Positions 12,073-20,259 of a stretch of 32,000 bases of DNA are shown piece after piece (the first letter of the stretch is position 1; each line of letters opens with the position of its first letter). Source of the DNA: Halorhodospira halophila SL1 (GTDB lineage Bacteria; Pseudomonadota; Gammaproteobacteria; Nitrococcales; Halorhodospiraceae); NCBI RefSeq assembly GCF_000015585.1, contig NC_008789.1, forward strand, positions 1,830,001-1,862,000, written 5' to 3'. A program made the translations under genes and the position numbers. A model generated the notes under the pieces. It was given only the letters and a program-made list of their open reading frames with translations, was not told the DNA's origin and made no database searches.

Positions 12073-12654
12073 CTACTCCAGGCCCTCAGGGACCTGTTGC
12101 TGCATACCTTCCTGCACCCGCTGCTGGAGCGCCTCCAGTTCGGACATGAGCTCGGCCGTCTCCGGATAGTCTTCCTCCATTGCGGCCAGCAGGTCCTCTT
12201 GGAACTCGCGCATGTCGCGCTCCATGCTCTCGCGGAAGTCGTCATCGCGCATGGCTTCCTGCTGCTCCTGCTGGAGCTGCATCTGCGCCTCGTGGAACTC
12301 CTCGGCCAGCTCCTGCTGTTCCTCTTCAGAGACATCCCCGGCGTCGAAGCGCTCGTAGATCTCCTGCATGCGCGCATAGTGGCGCTCAGGGTCGTAGCCA
12401 AGATCTTCCATCTTGGCGGTAGCGCGCTCCTCCAGCCGACGCTGCTTCTCCTGCAGTTCGTCACTGGCCTCGAAGGTTTCCTGCTGGATCTGCCCCAGCT
12501 GCCTTTGCAGCTCCTGGAGCCGCTGCTGCGCCTCCATCAACTCCGCGTCCTGGGCCCCGGGGGCCTGCTGCTCGCCATCCTGAGCCAGCGAGACCTGCAG
12601 CGGGGCTGCGGCAATGAGCAGCGCGAGGAGCGCCGCCGTCGTCGTGCGAATCAT
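12073..12654 (-). CDS. Secreted acidic Gln/Glu-rich coiled-coil-like protein (paralogue 1), unknown function
   Basis: Sec signal peptide MIRTTTAALLALLIAAAPLQVSLA. The mature part is dominated by E, Q, D and M. AAGGGAG Shine-Dalgarno lies 7 nt upstream of the ATG. It is clearly paralogous to the next gene (QRLQELQRQLGQIQQ vs QRMQEIQQQLGQMQQ; MEDLGYD vs MEDMGYD; QEAMRDDDF vs QEAMQDEDF). Confidence 0.8.
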   Translation of the reverse strand: MIRTTTAALLALLIAAAPLQVSLAQDGEQQAPGAQDAELMEAQQRLQELQRQLGQIQQETFEASDELQEKQRRLEERATAKMEDLGYDPERHYARMQEIYERFDAGDVSEEEQQELAEEFHEAQMQLQQEQQEAMRDDDFRESMERDMREFQEDLLAAMEEDYPETAELMSELEALQQRVQEGMQQQVPEGLE

Positions 12655-12763
12655 TGGTGAACTCCCTTAGCTATTCCCACCACGGAAGCGGCCAGGTCGC
12701 TACCGCGCCGGCCTATGTTAGCACCCGACGCCGACGGCGCACCTCTATCCCAGGTTTTGGGGT

Positions 12764-13348
12764 TTACTGGGGCATCTCCCCCTCGGGCATCTGCTGCTGA
12801 CCGCCCATGCCCTGCTGCATCTCAGCCTGCAGTTCCTCCATCTCCTGCATCAGGTCCTCGGCCTGAGGATTCTCGTCGTACATGGTGTCGATTAGGTCCT
12901 GCTCCAGCTGCTGGCGGTCCTCCTGCCACGGCTGGACAAAGTCCTCATCCTGCATGGCCTCCTGCTGGGCCTGCTGCAGCTCCATGTGGATCTGCTGATC
13001 CTCCTGCATGCGCTGCTGGACCTCCTCCTGGGACATCTCGCCGGAGTGCATCGCCTCCATGGTCTCTTCCAGGCGCTCGATGTCCTGGCGGACATTGTCG
13101 TAGCCCATGTCTTCCATCTGGTCCAGCAGCCGGTCATCCAGCTCCTCGGCGCGCTCTTCCAGCTCCGGGTTGGACTCGAGGGTGTCCTGCTGCATCTGGC
13201 CCAGCTGCTGCTGGATCTCCTGCATGCGCTGCTGGCCCTCGGACATCTGCGGCTGCATGCCCTGTCCCTCATCGGGGGCCATCTGAGCGTAGGCACCTGA
13301 GGTGGCGAGCATCAGGACAATCGCGGAAGCGGCAGTCTTGCGGTACAT
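12764..13348 (-). CDS. Secreted acidic Gln/Glu/Met-rich protein (paralogue 2), unknown function
   Basis: I chose the ATG at 13348 (MYRKTAASAIVLMLATSGAYA signal peptide; GAGGAG Shine-Dalgarno 6 nt upstream). The track ORF begins 12 codons earlier. About 20 Met occur in roughly 170 mature residues, there is no Cys, and the C-terminus is MQQGMGGQQQMPEGEMPQ. Confidence 0.8.
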   Translation of the reverse strand: MYRKTAASAIVLMLATSGAYAQMAPDEGQGMQPQMSEGQQRMQEIQQQLGQMQQDTLESNPELEERAEELDDRLLDQMEDMGYDNVRQDIERLEETMEAMHSGEMSQEEVQQRMQEDQQIHMELQQAQQEAMQDEDFVQPWQEDRQQLEQDLIDTMYDENPQAEDLMQEMEELQAEMQQGMGGQQQMPEGEMPQ

Positions 13349-13541
13349 AAACGACTCCTCGTCAAACCAGTTCGGTGCGTTCAAACCGTCGCAACGGCCT
13401 TACCCCGGAAGACAGCGCCCAGGGGCAAATGGTTCCGGACCCCCGCGGAGCCGACCCGCCCGGATCCGCGACGAATGTGCGCAGACGTCCACCACCCGGG
13501 CATTTATCAGGAACCCTGCTTTAGCTGATCAGTTTTTCTTA

Positions 13542-13571
13542 TTGCACCCCCCGGAAGCACACCGACAAAAT
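13542..13571 (+). promoter_or_regulatory. Candidate sigma70 promoter for the Prx-Grx gene
   Basis: TTGCAC (13542..13547), an 18-nt spacer, then CAAAAT (13566..13571), inside the only AT-rich patch of the 270-bp divergent intergenic region. A GGAG Shine-Dalgarno lies 8 nt before the ATG at 13619. Confidence 0.3.
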
Positions 13572-13618
13572 GTGGATATCTTTGACTTCTTCTTATTCCA
13601 ACCCAACGGAGATAAACC

Positions 13619-14365
13619 ATGTCGCACCCGAAGGAAGGCCAACCCGTCCCACGCGTCACTTTCCGGACCCGCGTCAACGGGCAGTGGCAGGACGTCACCA
13701 CCGACGAGCTCTTCAAGGGCAAAACGGTGGTCGTGTTCGCCCTGCCGGGGGCCTTCACCCCGACCTGCTCCTCGACCCACCTGCCCCGCTACAATGAGCT
13801 GGCGCCGGTGTTCTGGGATAACGGTGTAGACGACATCGTCTGCCTGTCGGTCAACGACGCCTTCGTCATGGAGGAGTGGCGACGGGATCAGCACGCCGAG
13901 AACGTCACCTTCATCCCCGACGGCAACGGCGAGTTCACCGAGGGCATGGGCATGCTGGTGGACAAGAACGACCTGGGCTTCGGCAAGCGCTCCTGGCGCT
14001 ACGCCATGGTGGTCCGGGACGGCGTTATCGAGCAGATGTTCGTCGAGCCCGAGAAGCCCGGCGACCCCTTCGAGGTCTCCGACGCCGACACCATGCTGCG
14101 TCACATCAACCCGGAGGCCCCGCACCCGTCCTTCGTGACCCTGTTCAGCAAGCCTGGCTGCCCGCATTGCGCCCGGGCCAAGGCCCTGCTCGAGGAGCAC
14201 GGCTACGATTACGAAGAGATCTGCCTGGGCGAGGGGATCACCACCCGCTCGGTCCGGGCGGCCACCGGCTCGGGCATGGTCCCGCAGGTGCTCATCGACG
14301 GGCGCCTGGTCGGCGGTGCCGACGACCTGGAGGCGCGGCTCGGGCGCACCCGCTCGGCCGCCTGA
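13619..14365 (+). CDS. Hybrid peroxiredoxin-glutaredoxin (Prx5-type peroxidase fused to Grx)
   Basis: The N-terminal Prx5 domain carries the peroxidatic Cys motif (VVFALPGAFTPTCSSTHLP). The C-terminal glutaredoxin has the CPHC active site (VTLFSKPGCPHCARAK) and a GG motif (IDGRLVGGADDL). The architecture matches known Prx/Grx hybrids from Haemophilus and Chromatium. Confidence 0.92.
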   Translation: MSHPKEGQPVPRVTFRTRVNGQWQDVTTDELFKGKTVVVFALPGAFTPTCSSTHLPRYNELAPVFWDNGVDDIVCLSVNDAFVMEEWRRDQHAENVTFIPDGNGEFTEGMGMLVDKNDLGFGKRSWRYAMVVRDGVIEQMFVEPEKPGDPFEVSDADTMLRHINPEAPHPSFVTLFSKPGCPHCARAKALLEEHGYDYEEICLGEGITTRSVRAATGSGMVPQVLIDGRLVGGADDLEARLGRTRSAA

Positions 14366-14381
14366 CATCGACCGTTGCAGG

Positions 14382-14419
14382 AAAAAGCCCCCGGGGCGGC
14401 CAGCGCCCCGGGGGCTTTT
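14382..14419. terminator. Bidirectional rho-independent terminator between the convergent prx-grx and OMP genes
   Basis: AAAAA-GCCCCCGGGGCG (14387..14398), loop GCCAG, CGCCCCGGGGGC (14404..14415), then TTTT. This is a perfect 12-bp stem with A/T tracts on both sides. Confidence 0.85.
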
Positions 14420-14444
14420 CTATGCCGGCCTACGGCGACCGCGC

Positions 14445-15140
14445 CTAGAAGCGCAGGAAGGCCCCGGCGTACGGACCGCTGAAGTCCACATCCAGGGTCA
14501 CATCACTGAAGTCGTCCAGGTCCACCGAGAACTCCCGATAACCGATCATGGCCCCCGTGTACCAGCGCCGGTAGACCATGTGGGCGCGGAAGTCCGTGAC
14601 CGAGTGGTCACCCACCGGCAGGGTCTGCAGGGTGCCCTCGAAGCCGATCCGCGACCCCGGGATGTTGACCCCCACCCGGCCGAAGAACATCGGCCGGGTG
14701 CCGGAGAGTGAGGTGTCCGGGTCGTCAGCCGCAAGCCCCGGTGTCCGCACCTCGCCGTCGAAGTTCCGCGCAGTAAAGCCCACGTCGATCCCCACCATGG
14801 GCAGCGGGATCGGCGACCAGAAGAGCGTCAGGTCGGTGTGATCCAGGTTGACGACGGTGCTCCCGGTCCCCTCCTGCTCGAGGTTGGTCCGCTCAAGGCG
14901 GACGCTCGGGATGCCCGGCAGGATGTGATCCCACTCGAACCACAGGTTCCAGTCCCGGTCGCCGTCGAGATCAATGTCACCCCCTTCGACGTCTCTCCCG
15001 AGGATCTCACCATCCGGATCGTGGAACCAGAGGTTCGCGCCGCCGGAGATACCCAGGATCCCGCCAGTAGCCTGGGCGGTGCCGGCGCAACCCAGGGCCA
15101 GGGCTGCCACGGTCACGCCCCTCAGTACGGTTCGCCGCAT
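14445..15140 (-). CDS. Outer-membrane beta-barrel protein (small OMP, possibly TIGR04219-like)
   Basis: Signal peptide MRRTVLRGVTVAALALGCAGTAQA. The sequence shows alternating amphipathic beta-strand patterns and ends with the aromatic residue pattern ...GAFLRF, typical of the BAM recognition signal. AGGAG Shine-Dalgarno lies 7 nt upstream. Confidence 0.75.
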   Translation of the reverse strand: MRRTVLRGVTVAALALGCAGTAQATGGILGISGGANLWFHDPDGEILGRDVEGGDIDLDGDRDWNLWFEWDHILPGIPSVRLERTNLEQEGTGSTVVNLDHTDLTLFWSPIPLPMVGIDVGFTARNFDGEVRTPGLAADDPDTSLSGTRPMFFGRVGVNIPGSRIGFEGTLQTLPVGDHSVTDFRAHMVYRRWYTGAMIGYREFSVDLDDFSDVTLDVDFSGPYAGAFLRF

Positions 15141-15221
15141 GAGTCACTCCTAAACAGTCGATAGCGTCGCTCTGAGCATACCACCCTGCAAGGGCCGCCC
15201 CAATTGCCTGCGCCGCTGACC

Positions 15222-16781
15222 TCAGGCGACCGGGTCCGCCGGTGACACCTGGGGGAACTCGTTGATCACCCGCTCGGTCTCCGGATCGACCTCGTAAAGC
15301 TTGACATCGTATCCCCAGAGGTTGGCTAGATGGCGCAACACCGCCGTCGCCTGGCCCTTGTCCAGCGTGACCCCGTCCGTAACCCGGTGTTCGAGCACCA
15401 GGGTGCGATCACCGGCCAGATCCACGTCCACCACCTGGATATCCGGTTCCAGCCGGGCCACATCGTGTCGCTGCGCCAAGGAGCGCCGCACCGCCCGATA
15501 CCCGGCGTCGTCGTGGATGGCATCCACCAACAGCTCCGGGTCGTCGGCGTCGTCGTGGACCCGGAAAAGGCGGAAGTCTCGGATCACCTTGGGGCTGAGG
15601 AACTGCAGGATGAAGCTCTCGTCCCGGTACTCCTGCCACGCGTGGTGCCACACGCTCAGCCAGTCCCCGCTGCCAGCCACCTCGGGGAACCAGCGCCGAT
15701 CCTCCGCGGTCGGGTCGGTGGCCATGCGGCGTAGATCCTCGAGGATGGCGAACCCGAGGGCGTAGGGGTTGATGCCGGAGTAACGCGGATCATCGAACTC
15801 CGGCTGGAATACGACGCTGGTGTGGCTGTGCAGGAACTCCAGGAAAGCCCCGTCGGTCAGCTGCCCGTTTTCGTGCAGCCGGTTCATGATGTAGTAGTGC
15901 ACCGCCGTCGCGCAGCCTTCGTTCATCACCTTGGTCTGTTTCTGCGGATAGAAGTACTGCGCCACATTACGCACGATGCGCAGCACCTCCCGCTGCCAGT
16001 GCTCTAGGCGCGGGGCCCGCTTCTCCAAGAAGTACAGGAGGTTCTCTTCCGGCAATCCGAGCCGCTGCATCCGCATTTCCACCGGATCAGCCCCACCGGG
16101 CCTTTCTCCGTCCGGATCCGTGGGCACCGTGCGCCAGAGATCGTTGTAGGTCTGCTCTTCGTAGCGAATCCGCTCGATCTCGCGGTCGCGCTCCTCCCGC
16201 AGGCTACGCGTCTGCGGCTTGGGGTAGCGGTGCACCCCCTGGCTCATCAAAGCGTGGGCGGCGTCGAGTACCCGCTCGACCGCCTCCACCCCGTAGCGCT
16301 CTTCACACTCTGCGATGTACCCCTTGGCGAAATCCAGGTAGTCGAGGATGCCCTCAGCATCGGTCCACTCCCGGAAGAGCCGGTTGTTCTTGAAGAAGTG
16401 GTTGTGGCCGAAGGCAGCGTGGGCCACCACCAGCGTCTGCATGGTGAGCGTGTTCTCCTCCATGATGTAGGAGATACACGGCTTGGAGTTGATGACGATC
16501 TCGTAGGCGAGGCCGGTGTACCCCTTGCGGTAGAGCATCTCGTCCCGGGCGAAGTGCTTGCCGAACGACCAGTGCCGATAGAACAGCGGCATGCCCATCG
16601 AGGCGTAGGCATCGAGCATCTGCTCGGAGCTAATGACCTCGATCTGATTGGGGTAGATATCGAGTTTCAGCTCGTCCTGTGCGATCTGCTCGACGGCATC
16701 GTAGACGCGCATCACATCGCGATAGTCCCAGTCCAGACCGGTGAACAGGGGTTGCTGCTGAACCGCCGCGTTCGGTGCCAT
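15222..16781 (-). CDS. ycgB: SpoVR family protein (YcgB)
   Basis: Colinear with E. coli YcgB: YPNQIEVISSEQMLDAYAS, GLAYEIVINSKPCISYIMEENT, FYPQKQTKVMNEGCAT, FLHSHTSVVFQP, YSGINPYALGF. Confidence 0.93.
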   Translation of the reverse strand: MAPNAAVQQQPLFTGLDWDYRDVMRVYDAVEQIAQDELKLDIYPNQIEVISSEQMLDAYASMGMPLFYRHWSFGKHFARDEMLYRKGYTGLAYEIVINSKPCISYIMEENTLTMQTLVVAHAAFGHNHFFKNNRLFREWTDAEGILDYLDFAKGYIAECEERYGVEAVERVLDAAHALMSQGVHRYPKPQTRSLREERDREIERIRYEEQTYNDLWRTVPTDPDGERPGGADPVEMRMQRLGLPEENLLYFLEKRAPRLEHWQREVLRIVRNVAQYFYPQKQTKVMNEGCATAVHYYIMNRLHENGQLTDGAFLEFLHSHTSVVFQPEFDDPRYSGINPYALGFAILEDLRRMATDPTAEDRRWFPEVAGSGDWLSVWHHAWQEYRDESFILQFLSPKVIRDFRLFRVHDDADDPELLVDAIHDDAGYRAVRRSLAQRHDVARLEPDIQVVDVDLAGDRTLVLEHRVTDGVTLDKGQATAVLRHLANLWGYDVKLYEVDPETERVINEFPQVSPADPVA

Positions 16782-16821
16782 CGGGGTCCCCTCCGTCGCT
16801 CGAGGATTCAGGGCTCAGCGC

Positions 16822-18102
16822 TCAGGCCTTCAGCTCAGCCGGCGTAAAGAGATCCCGGAAGACCGGGAAGATGTCGCCACGGGTCTGTACCCGCCGCATG
16901 GCCAGGGGCGACTCCCCCCGAGCCAAGCGATCGTAGGCTCGCCACAAATCGGACGGCACGTGGAAGGCTTGCCCACCCCCCACCTCGATGTAGGCAAAGT
17001 ACTGGCACAGCGGGAGGATGCCGTCGGCCATCAACCGCGTGGTGGCCGGATTGTCCGCCGGGGTGTTGTCGCCGTCCGAGGCCTGCGCTCCGTAGATATT
17101 CCAGTCCTGGACCGGATAACGATCGTCAACGATGTCGCGCATCATCGCCAGCGCCGGGGAGACCAGCGTCCCACCGGTCTCGCGGGAGTAGAAGAAGGTG
17201 TCCTCGTCAACCTCCTGGGCGATATGGGTGTGGCGGATAAAGACGATATCCACATGCCGATAGCGGCGTTCGAGGAAGAGGTAGAGGAGCATGAAGAACC
17301 GTTTGGCCAGATCCTTCATCTCTTCAGTCATGGAGCCCGAGACGTCCATCAGGCAGAACATGACCGCCTGGGAGATCGGCTGCGGGACGTGGTCGAAGCG
17401 GTTGTAACGGATATCCACCGGATCGATGTACGGGATGGCCCGGGACCGCTCCTGCTTGTTCCGGCGTAGCTCGATGAGCTCACGCAGCCGCTCGGGCTCA
17501 GCTCCGGAACGCTCCAGGCGGTCGATCTCCTCATCCAGTGCCTGCAGGTCCTCCCCCTTCGGCCGACGCAGGGCGATGCGCCGCGACAGGGAATTGCGCA
17601 TGGTCCGCTCGACGTTGAGGTTCGAAGGGGAGCCGCTGACCGAGTACCCTGCCCGCTGCTGGGTGTACTGCTCGGTCTTCTTCACCTGGCGCTTGACCAG
17701 ATCCGGCAACTCCAGCCCCTCGAAGAAGAGATCGAGGAACTCGTCGCGACTGACGGCGAAGGTGAACTCGTCCTCCCCCTCGCCATCGGGGCTACCCTCG
17801 CGCCCCCCGCTACCCCCCTGCCCCTCGGGGCGCGAGATGGTATCGCCGACCACGTACTCCTTGTTACCAGGGACCACGTGCTCACGCACCCCGCGATCGG
17901 GCGCCTTGCGAAAGCTCGGCTCGTGGAGCCCGTCGGCGGGGATCGTGATCTGCTCCCCGCCGGCCACGTCGGTCACCTTGCGCCGGCCGGAGGCCTCGTT
18001 GACTGCATCGAGAACCTGGCGCTTGGCACGCCGGAGAAAACGCTGGCGGTTGGCCAGGCTCTTGCCCTTCGGATTGCGGCGCCGGTCGATGATATTGACC
18101 AA
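16822..18102 (-). CDS. yeaH: YeaH/YhbH family protein (DUF444, vWA-like)
   Basis: (M)[24 protein letters not shown] parallels E. coli YeaH [39 protein letters not shown] and QASDGDN are also conserved. The start codon is a TTG at 18102, with a G-run Shine-Dalgarno 7 nt upstream. Confidence 0.92.
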   Translation of the reverse strand: [426 protein letters not shown]

Positions 18103-18126
18103 GGACGCACCCCCCCTATTACCGGA

Positions 18127-20073
18127 TCAGCCGGCCTGCTTGACGCGCATGTACCACTCCACCAGACGTCGCACCTGGCGCTCGGTATACCCCCGCTCGA
18201 CCATGCGGCGGACAAACTCACTGTGCTTGCGCTCGGTCTCGGAGTCGCCCTTCGTGGTAAAGCTGATCACCGGGAGCAGATCCTCCACCTGGCTGAACAT
18301 CCGCTTCTCGATGACTTCGCGGATCTTCTCGTAGGAGGTCCAGCTGGGCATGTGACCACCCTGCTGGGCCTTAGCGCGCAGGGCGAACTTGACCACCTCG
18401 TTGCGGAAGTCCTTGGGGTTGGCGATACCCGCCGGCTTTTCGATCTTCGTCAGCTCCTGGTTCAGCGCCTGCCGGTCCATCAGCTGCCCGGTGTCGGGAT
18501 CCTTGAAGTCCTGGTCCTCGATCCACGCGTCGGCGTAGCCCACGTAGCGCTCGAAGAGGTTCTGACCGAAGTCGTCGTAGGACTCCAGGTACGCCTTCTG
18601 GATCTCGTTGCCGATGAACTCGGCGTAGCGCGGTGCCAGCTCCGCCTTGATGATCTCCAGATACTTGCGTTCGGTCTCCTCGGGAAACTGCTCGCGCTTG
18701 ATGTTCTGCTCGAGCAGATAGAGCAGGTGGACCGGATCGGCCGCCACCTCCGCGGTCTCGTAGTTGAAAGTCTGCGACAGAACCTTGAAGGCGAAGCGCG
18801 TGGAGATCCCGTCCATACCCTCGTTGACCCCGGCCTGGTCGCGGTACTCCTGCATGGACTTGGCCTTCGGGTCGGTCTCCTTCAGGCTCTCGCCGTCGTA
18901 GATGCGCATCTTGGAATAGAGGCTGGAGTTCTCATGCTCCTTGAGCCGGGTGAGCACGGAGAAACGGGCCATGATCTCCAGGGTCCAGGGTGCGCACGGG
19001 GCGTCGGCGAGCTCGCTCTCACGGATGAGCTTGTCGTAGATCTGCCGCTCCTCGCTGACGCGCAGGCAGTACGGCACCTTGATCACCGAGATGCGGTCGA
19101 GGAACGCCTCGTTATTCTTGTTGTTCCGGAAGCTCTGCCACTCCGACTCGTTCGAGTGCGCCATGACCAGCCCGTGGAACGGGATGGCACCAATGTTCTC
19201 GGAGCCGACGTAGTTGCCCTCCTGGGTGGCGGTGAGCAGAGGGTGGAGCATCTTGATCGGCGCCTTGAACATCTCGACGAACTCGAGGATGCCCTGGTTG
19301 GCGCGATTGAGCCCCCCAGAGTAGCTGTACGCGTCGGTGTCGTTCTGGCTGTAGAGCTCCAGCTTGCGGATGTCCACCTTACCGACCAGCGACGAGATGT
19401 CCTGATTGTTCTCGTCACCGGGTTCGGTCTTCGCCACGCCGATCTGCCGCAGCTTCGAGGGGTAGATCCGCACCACCCGGAAGCGGTTCAGATCACCGCC
19501 GAACTCGTCCAGTCGCTTCACCGCCCAGGGCGAGAGCAGTCCGCTCAGCTTGCGCCGCGGGATGCCGAAGCGTTCCTCCAGTTCCGGCCCATGCTGGTCC
19601 GGATCGAACAGCCCCAGCGGGCTTTCGAAGATCGGACTGACCTCCTCGCCCGCCTTGAGCACGTAGATGGGGTAGCGCTCCATCAACTGCTTGAGCCGCT
19701 CGGCCAGCGAGGACTTGCCACCCCCGACCGGCCCGAGGAGATAAAGGATCTGCTTGCGCTCCTCCAGCCCCTGGGCCGCGTAGTTGAGGAAACCGACCAG
19801 CCGCTCGATGGTTTCCTCCATGCCGTAGAAGTCCTCGAAGGCGGGGTAGATCTTCAGGGTGCGGTTGAGAAAGATGCGCCCCAGCCGCTCGTCCTTCGAG
19901 GTGTCGTAGACCTGCGGCTCACCGATTGCCGCGACCAGCCGCTCCGCCGGAGACGCGTAGGCCGTCGGGTCGTCCCGGCAGAGTTCCAGGTACTCGGCCA
20001 GGGTCAGCTGCTGCTCCTGGCGGCGTTCGTAGCTGCGGGCGTAGCGGGCAATCAGGTCTTCGGCGGTATCCAT
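18127..20073 (-). CDS. yeaG: PrkA family serine protein kinase (YeaG)
   Basis: From MDTAEDLIARYARSYE...LTLAEYLELCRDDPTAYASPAERL the protein matches the YeaG N-terminus, including the Walker A motif LLGPVGGGKSSLAERLK. The track ORF adds 25 non-conserved codons, up to 20148. Confidence 0.93.
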   Translation of the reverse strand: MDTAEDLIARYARSYERRQEQQLTLAEYLELCRDDPTAYASPAERLVAAIGEPQVYDTSKDERLGRIFLNRTLKIYPAFEDFYGMEETIERLVGFLNYAAQGLEERKQILYLLGPVGGGKSSLAERLKQLMERYPIYVLKAGEEVSPIFESPLGLFDPDQHGPELEERFGIPRRKLSGLLSPWAVKRLDEFGGDLNRFRVVRIYPSKLRQIGVAKTEPGDENNQDISSLVGKVDIRKLELYSQNDTDAYSYSGGLNRANQGILEFVEMFKAPIKMLHPLLTATQEGNYVGSENIGAIPFHGLVMAHSNESEWQSFRNNKNNEAFLDRISVIKVPYCLRVSEERQIYDKLIRESELADAPCAPWTLEIMARFSVLTRLKEHENSSLYSKMRIYDGESLKETDPKAKSMQEYRDQAGVNEGMDGISTRFAFKVLSQTFNYETAEVAADPVHLLYLLEQNIKREQFPEETERKYLEIIKAELAPRYAEFIGNEIQKAYLESYDDFGQNLFERYVGYADAWIEDQDFKDPDTGQLMDRQALNQELTKIEKPAGIANPKDFRNEVVKFALRAKAQQGGHMPSWTSYEKIREVIEKRMFSQVEDLLPVISFTTKGDSETERKHSEFVRRMVERGYTERQVRRLVEWYMRVKQAG

Positions 20074-20259
20074 ATGCAGCACCCCCCTCACGGAGTCTTG
20101 AGGTGAAGTCGCGAAAGAGCGAAGGCAGCTCCTATTGATTGGACGCAAAAATGCGCATCAATGTTCCGGAAGAAAGGCAAAGCGGGTCGCACTCCGTCGG
20201 CGGGAACGTCCGGGCGCGCGCCCGAGCGGGAGGCGGCCGGCCCCGGCCGGCGGACGGGA

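Noticed and set aside
17878-20106. 742-aa plus-strand ORF, the longest in the track
   Set aside because: It is an antisense shadow of yeaG/prkA and yeaH. The translation is low-complexity (L, V, G, R, A, D, H rich) with no recognisable motifs, whereas the minus strand encodes proteins colinear with well-known families. Long stop-free antisense frames are expected at this GC content.
20120-20175. Possible sigma54 -24/-12 element upstream of yeaG/prkA (minus strand GGAACATTGATGC / TGCGCATTTTTGCG)
   Set aside because: The GG-to-GC spacing is off by one in the first candidate, and the second lacks the GG dinucleotide. Neither fits TGGCAC-N5-TTGC.
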